DNA from: Planctomycetota bacterium
GTDB lineage: Bacteria > Planctomycetota > UBA1135 > UBA2386
Direction: 5' to 3'
Length of the DNA stretch: 64,000 bases
Assembly (NCBI GenBank): GCA_965228735.1
Contig: OZ245838.1
Location: 1,152,001 to 1,216,000, forward strand
Below are positions 56,755-64,000 of this stretch, piece by piece. The notes under the pieces are model-generated. The model did no database searches. It was given only the letters and a program-made list of their open reading frames with translations, and was not told the origin of the DNA. A program made the position numbers and the translations under genes. Position 1 is the stretch's first letter. Every line of letters begins with the position of its first letter.

Positions 56755-58116
56755 ATGCGTGTTGCCAGACCCGAACTGCCAGCCGAGATCCCCGGCGCCG
56801 TGCGCGCGGTCGTCGATCGCGTCGTCGCGGGCGGCGGCCGGGCCTGGCCGGTGGGTGGGACGGTGCGCGACCTCGTGCGCGGCGTGGCGCCCCGCGACTT
56901 CGACATCGCGACCGACCGCACGCCGGCCGAACTCCTGGCCGTGATCCCCGACGCCGATGCGGCGAACGCGCGCCTCGGCAGCGTGCGGGTCGACACCGCG
57001 GTGGGCGAGGTCAGCCTCACGACGCTGCGCCGGGAGGCCGACTACTCCGATCATCGGCGACCGGACACGGTCGAGTTCGTGCGCGACCTCGACACGGACG
57101 CGGCGCGCCGCGACTTCACGATCAACGCGCTCTACCTCGACTGCGGCGCTGGCGAGATCATCGATCCGACGGGCGGCCTCGCGGACCTCGAGGCCGGCGT
57201 CCTGCGCACGATCGGTGAGCCCGTGACGCGCTTCACGGAAGATCACCTGCGGCTCCTCCGCGCCGTGCGGTTCGCCGCGCGATTCGACCTCACGATCGCG
57301 CCCGCGACCGCGAGCGCGATTCGGCAGACGGCGAACCACCTCGCGACCCTGGCCCCGGAACGCGCGTTCTCCGAGCTCACCGCCATGTTCACGGGTCCGG
57401 GTCGCGGCCGCGCGCTGCGGCTGCTCGTGGAACTCGGCATCGCCGCGGTGCTGCTACCGGAGGTCGCCGCGATGGACGGCGTGACCCAACCGCCGGAGTA
57501 TCATCCCGAGGGCGATGTCCTCACGCACGTCGCACTCGTGCTGGACCATGTGCCCGCGGGCGACGCCGAGCTCGCGTGGGCCGCGGTGCTGCACGACATC
57601 GGCAAGCCGCCGACGTGGCGCCAGGCCAAGGACCGGATCCGATTCGACGGGCACGACGCGCTGTCCGCCCGCATGGCGGTCGACGTGCTGCAGCGCTTCC
57701 GGGCCAGCCGCCGCCTCACCGATCTCGTCGCCGACATCTGTCGCGACCACATCCGGTTCGCAGCGCTGCCGTCGATGCGGCCCCGGCGGCGCGAGCGCTG
57801 GCTGCGGTCTCCGGATTTCGAACGGCACCTCGCGTTCCACCGCGCCGACTGCCTCGGCAGTCACGGCAAGCTGCAGATCCACGACTTCGCGGCGCGCGAA
57901 CTCGCGGCGCTGCCGCCGTTGTCGGAGCCCCTCGTCACCGGCAAGGACGTGCTCGCACTCGGCATTCCGCCGGGTCCGCACGTCGGGAAAATCCTGCGGG
58001 AGGTCGAGGCGCGCGCCGACGAAGCGACCATGCCACCGGACCGTTCGGCCGCGCTCGTCCTGCTGCGAGAAGCGGTCGAGCGCCGACGTCAAGCCGGCGA
58101 GCTCCCGGCCCGATAA
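56755..58116 (+). CDS. cca: tRNA nucleotidyltransferase (CCA-adding/poly(A) polymerase family) with HD domain
   Basis: VGGTVRD, DFDIAT, RRDFTINAL, EDHLRLLRAVRFAAR, HPEGDVLTH, LHDIGK. Confidence 0.92.
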   Translation: MRVARPELPAEIPGAVRAVVDRVVAGGGRAWPVGGTVRDLVRGVAPRDFDIATDRTPAELLAVIPDADAANARLGSVRVDTAVGEVSLTTLRREADYSDHRRPDTVEFVRDLDTDAARRDFTINALYLDCGAGEIIDPTGGLADLEAGVLRTIGEPVTRFTEDHLRLLRAVRFAARFDLTIAPATASAIRQTANHLATLAPERAFSELTAMFTGPGRGRALRLLVELGIAAVLLPEVAAMDGVTQPPEYHPEGDVLTHVALVLDHVPAGDAELAWAAVLHDIGKPPTWRQAKDRIRFDGHDALSARMAVDVLQRFRASRRLTDLVADICRDHIRFAALPSMRPRRRERWLRSPDFERHLAFHRADCLGSHGKLQIHDFAARELAALPPLSEPLVTGKDVLALGIPPGPHVGKILREVEARADEATMPPDRSAALVLLREAVERRRQAGELPAR

Positions 58117-58164
58117 CGGGAACAGGTCGGATGTCGCGTTCCGCGGCAGCCACCGGGAGGAGAT

Positions 58165-59073
58165 ATGTCGTTCGGCAGTATTGATTCAGACTTCGACCGC
58201 TACCGCAAGAACCGGATCCGGCACCAGACCCGGAAGAGCTCGGTCGGTACCGCCAGCGGCAACCCGTACGAGAACCAGGCGCTGCGCGAGCTCGAACAGG
58301 TCGAGGCACGCGAGCTGCAGGACCGCAAGCTGACGCGCGAGGTCCACGACTTCTTCGCCGACGCGACGCGGCAGGCCGCGACGATCGTCGAACGCATGGC
58401 GCAGCACGCCGAGGCGGAGAACGAGCAGAAGATCGACACCGAGATGGAGTCGTTCCTGCTCGACTCGTTCTCGCGCATGAACGGCCTCGTGATGCACATG
58501 CTGCAGCAGCGCCGCGGCCAGGGCGGGGAAGAGAAGATGGAGCCCAAGGTCGCCAACCTCGTGGGCCAGATGCTCGACGAGTTCCGCTGGGAGGGCACGG
58601 CCGACCTCAGCGACAAGCACATCGGGCAGGATCCGTTCGACACGGACCTCGACGAGGTGCGCCGCGAGTTCTTCGAACAGGTCGGCGAGTCCGAGATGGA
58701 CACGGACAAGACCGATCACGATGCGGCACCGATCGAGGACCACCTCGTCGCGACGGTCGCGGACGACGAGGATGCGCCCGTCCAGACCGCGGACGACATG
58801 CCGCCGGTCGAGGTCGTCGACGAAGCCGACGACGCAGTCGAGGACGAATCGGCGTACGCCGAGAACCAACCGGCACAGCCCGCGCCGCAGCCGGAGGAGG
58901 TCGCCCAGCCGACGGGCGCCGCCGCGGTGGCTGCCGGCAGCCCGTCGCGCGCCGAGCTCGAGCGCTTCCGCGAAGCCCTCAAGAGCCTCGTTCGCCAGGG
59001 CACGATGTCACGCGATGAAGCGCGCGCGGCGTGGTCCGCGCGCCTCGAGAAGCTCGGCCTCGCGCGCGGCTGA
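58165..59073 (+). CDS. Acidic hypothetical protein with coiled-coil N-terminus and disordered linker
   Basis: Strong RBS GGAGGAG upstream; typical codon usage; no family recognised. Confidence 0.82.
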   Translation: MSFGSIDSDFDRYRKNRIRHQTRKSSVGTASGNPYENQALRELEQVEARELQDRKLTREVHDFFADATRQAATIVERMAQHAEAENEQKIDTEMESFLLDSFSRMNGLVMHMLQQRRGQGGEEKMEPKVANLVGQMLDEFRWEGTADLSDKHIGQDPFDTDLDEVRREFFEQVGESEMDTDKTDHDAAPIEDHLVATVADDEDAPVQTADDMPPVEVVDEADDAVEDESAYAENQPAQPAPQPEEVAQPTGAAAVAAGSPSRAELERFREALKSLVRQGTMSRDEARAAWSARLEKLGLARG

Positions 59074-59097
59074 GGCGGCGTTCGCGGCGCCGGGCCG

Positions 59098-62000
59098 TCA
59101 ACGCGGCAGGGTCCGAGTGACCTCCTGTGAGGTCGCCGTGACCTGTCCGAGATCCAGTTCGGGCGCTTCGGCGCGAGGATCCTGGCCCGGCGCGAAGGCC
59201 CGCAGGTGCAAGCGACCCGGAGGTGCCGGGTCGAACACGATGCGGCCCGCGCTGTCCGAGCGTTCGCCCCAGCGCCAGGTGCGACTCAGGTGCGGATGAT
59301 CGAGCAACTCGGGCACGACGCGCACGTCCGCAGCCGGTGCGCCGGTCGCGTCGCGCACGGTCAGCACGAGGCGACTGGACGCGATCACCGGGCGGACGTC
59401 GACGATGCCGCCGGCGTCGACGGCGATCGGCGCGAGGTCGTACGCGTAGCGGTCGACGTCGGGCCGCGGCTCGAAGTGAGCGAAGGCCAGGTAGCGCCCC
59501 GGCTCGAGCCACGGCGAGACGTAGACCCCGTGCGCGTCGCGCGTCGCGTTGACGTGCCGCACACCGCCGTCACGCGTGAGGCGCGCGAACCCCGCGACCC
59601 CGGCCCAGGCCTCACCGTTCACGAAGAACGTGCCACGGACCCGCGCTGGCAGGTGTGCCGCGGCGTCGAGCGCGACCTCGACCGGAGCGCTGCCCGGCTG
59701 CACGTCGACGACGGCGAGCGGACCGTAGTTCTGGCCGCTGCCGCCCCGCGGCCCGGAACGGACGATGACCTTGGCCCAGACCTCGAACTGCCCCGCGGGC
59801 AAGCCGGTGAGTTCGAAGTTGCCTTGGGCATCGACGTAGGTCGCAGCCAGATCGTGATCCTCGCCGGCCGCACGCAGCAACACCTCCGGGTAGTCGTCGG
59901 CGAAGCGTTCCGCCGGGGGCGCGCCGATGCCTTGTTCGAACTCGGTGCGCGCGGCCTGCAGACGATCGGGGGCCGGCCCGAACCGGGTGACGAACGCCGG
60001 CGGACCGAGGACGCCGCGCACCCGCATCGCGGGATCCACCTCGATCCGCAGCGGCTCACCGGGCGCGGGCAACCGCACCGCGCGATCGGTGCGGGCGAGG
60101 CAATCCGGGCCGCTGACGAACACGACCAGCGGCGCGGCGAACTGCGGGACCTCGAGTTCACCGCGACCGGCACCGTTCGTCGTCGTGCTCGCGAGCACGA
60201 TGACGCTGCGGTGCGAACTGCTGCTGCCGCGCTTGCGCGCGCCGCGCAACGACGTCCGGTAACGGCCCAGGTCCGGCACGTCGATCGCATCGGCGGGGAC
60301 GACCTTGGCGATCTGGATCTCGACGCCGGCCATCGGTTCCGTCGTGCCGCGGCGGTGCGCGAGCACGTCGATCGAGCGGACGGGGGCGACCTCGATCGTC
60401 ATCGACTTGCGTTCGCCTTCCGCGAGCTCGATCGGGATCTCGCCGCGATCGCCGTACGGCTCGGCGGGGAACACCGACACCATCGCGCCGCCCGGCATGA
60501 GGTCCTCGAACTCGCGCACGCCGCCCGGATGCGAACGCACGGGCTGTCCCTTCAGCTGCGGCGAAGCGCCGTGCCGGAAGGTGTCCGACCAGCAACTCGC
60601 GCCGAACCATTCGACCGGCTCACGGCTCACGGCATCGATGACCGTGATCCGCAGCGTCGCCGGCGCGCGGCGACGCACGACGAGGCGCAGGTCGTCCGCA
60701 CCCCAGGTCAGCTCGCCGCCGTCGTCGATCCACTCGAGGTCGCGGCGGCTCTTCGGCAGGCGAAAGCGCCATGTCCCGCCGGACTCCCACGGCTTGTTGA
60801 TCGCGAAGAGGAAGCTGCCGTCGCTGGCGGTCCGAACCGGGTAGTAGCCGTAGCTGCCAGGCACGGGCAGCTGCAGCTCGACGTCGGGCACGGGTTCGCC
60901 GCGCTGGTCGACGAGGGTGCCACGCAGCGAGAGCTCGCGCGGCGGCGCCTGCAGCGCGATCGTGACGACGTGCCTATCGAGCTGCCGCGGCACCGTGAAC
61001 TCGCCGACGCGCGGGCCCGCGAACTCACATTCGAGGTCGTAGTGCCACGGCCCCCAGCCGACGACCCCGAGCTCGACGCGACCGCGCTCGTCCGTGTTGC
61101 CGTACCAATGCGTGCTCGTCGTCTCAGCGTCACGATCGATCGGCGCGGCGTTGAGCGGAATACCGGCGGCGGGGCGCCCGTCCACGCTGACCTCGACGAC
61201 GATCGGCGTGCCCGGCTCCAGCTCGAGGTCGCCGAGGTCGACGTCGGCACCGTCCGCGATCGAGTCCAGTCCACGGTGCGCGCTCTGGCGCCCGAGCGCG
61301 TCGATCTCGACCTGAAAGAACAGCAAGGGCGACGACGCGAAGCGGTACGCGAACGTGCCGTCCGCCGCGGTCTGAACGGTCCTCGGCTCGTGCCACTCGC
61401 GGGCGAGTGCCGCCGCGGTCCCGTTCCTCGGGTCATCACGGCCCAGTTCGTCCGCCCGCGACTGTTCGAGCGTCGCGCGCAGCATGACGTCGGCCAGCGC
61501 CAGCGGTTGGCCCGACTCGCTCGCGATCGCGCGGCCCCGAAGCACCGTCAGTTTCGGCTCGTCCGTTCGCTCCGGTATCGCCACCGCGGTGCGCTCGGCG
61601 TCACCGACCCGGGCGCTCGATCGTTGCCCGGGTTCGGCAGCGTCCATCGCGGCCGCGTTCGCGAGGCTGGCGCCCGGGACCTCGTTCGGTGGCGGCGCCG
61701 GCGCGCTCGCCTGCTGCACGACGAACGTGCCTGCAAGCAAGATCAGGATGCCGGCGGCCGCGAGCAGGTACTTGCCGGTGAGGGAGACCCCTACGACAGA
61801 CCCGGTCGCGGTGAGCGCCCCGAGGACCTCGGCACGGATCGCCGGCAGCCCGTCGCGCGCCAGCGCCACCTCCTGCGCGAGCACGGCGAGCAGGGCCGGG
61901 GCAGCGAGCCCGGGCGGCAGCGCACTGCGGAGCATCTCGAGGCCGCGCCGCAGCTTCGTGCGCACGGTCGCCGGTGGTTGACCCAGCGCGTGGGCGATAT

Positions 62001-62511
62001 CGACGGCGCGCAGGCCGTGGACGAGTCGCAGCGCGAGGACCTCGCGGTAGCCCTGCGGCAGACCATCGAGCGCGCTGCTGATCTGCGCGCGGGTCTCGCG
62101 GTCGATCGCGACCCGTTCGGGATCGGGCGTCGCATCGACGTTTGCGACGCTACCTGCGACAACAGTGGCGGGCACGGCACGCGCCTCACGCCGGCGGCGC
62201 CGCTGCGTCGAACGCCGCTGATCCTGCGCCCGGTGATTCAGGATGCCGAGCAGCCACGGCAGCACGGGCCGATCACCGTCGTGGTCCGCCGCGTCGCGCA
62301 GGACCTGCAGGAAGACGGTCTGCACGAGATCCTCGGCGAGCGCGGCGTCGTCGGTCAAGTGCATCGCGACGAGCAGCAGGCGTGGAGCCGCCGCATCGAA
62401 CACCCGACCGAGGTCCTCGGGTGACCGGGTGCGTTGGAAGCGCTTGAAGTCGCGGTCGATCGAGCTGGCTGCACTGCTGTCCGAAGAGCTGTCTTGCTGG
62501 GGAGCGTTCAC
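59098..62511 (-). CDS. ECF sigma factor fused to a TM helix and long extracytoplasmic carboxypeptidase-regulatory-like/beta-sandwich repeats
   Basis: N-terminal AEDLVQTVFL, PWLLGI, IAHALG.P.ATVRTKLRRGL; TM YLLAAAGILILLAGTFVV; repeated G.V.D..G.P, T..DG.F motifs. Confidence 0.88.
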   Translation of the reverse strand: MNAPQQDSSSDSSAASSIDRDFKRFQRTRSPEDLGRVFDAAAPRLLLVAMHLTDDAALAEDLVQTVFLQVLRDAADHDGDRPVLPWLLGILNHRAQDQRRSTQRRRRREARAVPATVVAGSVANVDATPDPERVAIDRETRAQISSALDGLPQGYREVLALRLVHGLRAVDIAHALGQPPATVRTKLRRGLEMLRSALPPGLAAPALLAVLAQEVALARDGLPAIRAEVLGALTATGSVVGVSLTGKYLLAAAGILILLAGTFVVQQASAPAPPPNEVPGASLANAAAMDAAEPGQRSSARVGDAERTAVAIPERTDEPKLTVLRGRAIASESGQPLALADVMLRATLEQSRADELGRDDPRNGTAAALAREWHEPRTVQTAADGTFAYRFASSPLLFFQVEIDALGRQSAHRGLDSIADGADVDLGDLELEPGTPIVVEVSVDGRPAAGIPLNAAPIDRDAETTSTHWYGNTDERGRVELGVVGWGPWHYDLECEFAGPRVGEFTVPRQLDRHVVTIALQAPPRELSLRGTLVDQRGEPVPDVELQLPVPGSYGYYPVRTASDGSFLFAINKPWESGGTWRFRLPKSRRDLEWIDDGGELTWGADDLRLVVRRRAPATLRITVIDAVSREPVEWFGASCWSDTFRHGASPQLKGQPVRSHPGGVREFEDLMPGGAMVSVFPAEPYGDRGEIPIELAEGERKSMTIEVAPVRSIDVLAHRRGTTEPMAGVEIQIAKVVPADAIDVPDLGRYRTSLRGARKRGSSSSHRSVIVLASTTTNGAGRGELEVPQFAAPLVVFVSGPDCLARTDRAVRLPAPGEPLRIEVDPAMRVRGVLGPPAFVTRFGPAPDRLQAARTEFEQGIGAPPAERFADDYPEVLLRAAGEDHDLAATYVDAQGNFELTGLPAGQFEVWAKVIVRSGPRGGSGQNYGPLAVVDVQPGSAPVEVALDAAAHLPARVRGTFFVNGEAWAGVAGFARLTRDGGVRHVNATRDAHGVYVSPWLEPGRYLAFAHFEPRPDVDRYAYDLAPIAVDAGGIVDVRPVIASSRLVLTVRDATGAPAADVRVVPELLDHPHLSRTWRWGERSDSAGRIVFDPAPPGRLHLRAFAPGQDPRAEAPELDLGQVTATSQEVTRTLPR

Positions 62512-62520
62512 GACATCGAA

Positions 62521-62547
62521 TGCGTCACCGGCAGCCGGAACGTTTCA
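62521..62547 (-). promoter_or_regulatory. Possible ECF-type promoter (autoregulatory) for the sigma fusion gene
   Basis: Minus strand TGAAAC-N17-CGCA, ending 9 nt before GTG 62511. Confidence 0.35.
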
Positions 62548-62585
62548 CATTCCGCTCCTGCCCGCGTGTTCGAGTCTAACCGCTC

Positions 62586-63470
62586 CTACGTCAACGCGAT
62601 GCGGCGGGCGATCCAGCGCGCCGGCAGGATCACGCCCGCAATCGCCCCGGCTTCGACCCAGCGGCCGGCGGCCACCGCGAGCAGCGCCGTGTAGAGCATC
62701 GTGCCGAGCAGCAGATACATCATCGACCGGCGAATCGCGGCCTGGTCGAACTCACGAGTCTTCGTGTTGCGCCGCCCGAACCACAGGATCGGCACCAGCG
62801 CGATCGCGGGCGCGGGCCACAGACCGCCCTGCACCGCGAGGATACCGACGAGCGCGGCGAGCGGCGGCGCGGACTGGATGGACTGGACCGCGCGCGTCGA
62901 CACCGACTTCCGATCCTCGTAGATCCCGAGCACGGTGACCGCGCAGATGTAGATGAAGTAGCACAGCGCCGCGATCCGCAGATCGAGCCCGCGATCCATC
63001 CCCTCTGCGATGTCGAGGTCGAGGCCGGCCGGCAGCAGCAGCGCCGTCATGAGGTTCAGCCCGCGCAACGTGCCCATCGCGAGCGCGCCGAGCCAGTCGA
63101 TCTTCTTCAGCGCGAAGTCGTACGCGAGCACGAGGCCCGCGAGGAACAGGTGGAAGTAGCGACAGGGCGAGGCGATCAAACCGCCCGTGAGCAGCAGCGT
63201 CCCGAGCAGAACGGCGAACCACAGCGGCAGCGCGCCGCTCGGCAGCGGCCGCTCGGGCCGCTGCACGGCGTCCAGCTTGCGGTCCGCGACGTCGTTCCAC
63301 ACCATGCCCGCGGCGTAGATGCAGACGCTCGCCGCGACCGCGCGCCCGGCGTCCTGATCCCACGGCAGCCCGAGGATCGCGAGCGACGCGGTGACGTCGG
63401 CGGCGGGGGAGAACAGCGTGCCGACGCGCAGCAGCCGCAGCGTCGCGAGCACCTTCGAACCGTCGGTCAC
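62586..63470 (-). CDS. UbiA family prenyltransferase (EboC-like)
   Basis: YAAGMVWNDVADRKLDAVQRPERPLPSG Asp-rich motif, YD..LK, MGTLRGLN; multiple TM helices. Confidence 0.9.
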   Translation of the reverse strand: MTDGSKVLATLRLLRVGTLFSPAADVTASLAILGLPWDQDAGRAVAASVCIYAAGMVWNDVADRKLDAVQRPERPLPSGALPLWFAVLLGTLLLTGGLIASPCRYFHLFLAGLVLAYDFALKKIDWLGALAMGTLRGLNLMTALLLPAGLDLDIAEGMDRGLDLRIAALCYFIYICAVTVLGIYEDRKSVSTRAVQSIQSAPPLAALVGILAVQGGLWPAPAIALVPILWFGRRNTKTREFDQAAIRRSMMYLLLGTMLYTALLAVAAGRWVEAGAIAGVILPARWIARRIALT

Positions 63471-64000
63471 AGCAGGCGCAGGATGTCGTTGTAGGTCACG
63501 AACAGAACCAGCAGCAGGACGAACACGAGGCCGACGATCTGGCTGTAGCCGAACACCTTGGCGCTGACGGGCGAGCCCTTGACCTTCTCGATCAGCAGGA
63601 AGAGCAGGTGGCCGCCGTCGAGCACCGGGATCGGCAGCAGGTTGACGAACGCGAGGTTGACGCTGATCAGCGCGAGGAAGTACCAGAACCAGGACGGGCC
63701 GCGCTGCGCCGCCTGGTAGCTGACCTGCGTGATGCGGATGATGCCGCCGAGGTTGTTGGCGCCGACGTCACCGGTGATCAGCCGCTTCAGCGTCACGTAG
63801 CTCTGCTTGATGAGATCGAGCGAGCAGACCGTGCCGAGGTAGAGCGCGTCACCGAAGCCCTCGGCGCGGATCTCCTGCTGGACGATCGGCGCCACCATCG
63901 CGAACCCGTAGTCGAACTGATCGGGACGAACCGGATCGACGGTCACCGTCAAGGTCTGGCCGCGGGGCAGATCCCGCTCCGCGGCGTCGAACCACGCCGA
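63467..64000 (-). CDS. rseP: RIP metalloprotease RseP, C-terminal part (5'-truncated by window)
   Basis: LALISVNLAFVNLLPIPVLDGGH, TYNDILRL; frame is open to the window end. Confidence 0.9.
   Translation of the reverse strand, partial: SAWFDAAERDLPRGQTLTVTVDPVRPDQFDYGFAMVAPIVQQEIRAEGFGDALYLGTVCSLDLIKQSYVTLKRLITGDVGANNLGGIIRITQVSYQAAQRGPSWFWYFLALISVNLAFVNLLPIPVLDGGHLLFLLIEKVKGSPVSAKVFGYSQIVGLVFVLLLVLFVTYNDILRLL

Noticed and set aside
59206..62424. 1072-aa plus-strand ORF opposite the ECF fusion
   Set aside because: Arg-rich shadow ORF without recognisable domains.

Overview
A very GC-rich, gene-dense bacterial chromosomal segment with about 50 CDS. The gene repertoire suggests a Planctomycetota-like organism (inference): a double-length UvrA, an ECF sigma with a very long C-terminal extension, QW-repeat prenyltransferase-fold proteins, a ThuA-DUF1080 fusion and HEAT-repeat secreted proteins. 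No rRNA, tRNA, CRISPR array, integrase or transposase was recognised. Contents in order: HEAT-PDZ-S41 protease; moaC-asd-accB-accC-pfk; a GDP-heptose sugar-modification cluster (hddC-gmhB fusion, hddA, orphan TPP-dependent E1 alpha/beta pair, B12 radical SAM, GT4, heptose-type epimerase and 4,6-dehydratase, multi-domain methyltransferase) that is interrupted by a gapdh-arsJ arsenate-resistance pair and two paralogous lipoproteins; dacB-suhB; a coupled operon of double-length uvrA, XPB helicase and a p52/Tfb2-like partner; thiE, orphan pstS, thiL-tsaE; ECF sigma/anti-sigma; TolC; CCA enzyme; a giant ECF sigma fusion; UbiA and rseP. The strongest candidates for undescribed biology are the UvrA2-XPB-clutch protein operon (a TFIIH-like module next to a single-chain UvrA dimer) and the heptose cluster, which has a TPP enzyme pair and a B12 radical SAM but no recognisable C4-reductase. 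Also notable are apparent leaderless, overlapping bidirectional promoters, a histone-like tail on AccB, and a 55-bp tandem amplification of a gene 3' end. All family assignments rest on motifs recognised by eye; no database searches were run.
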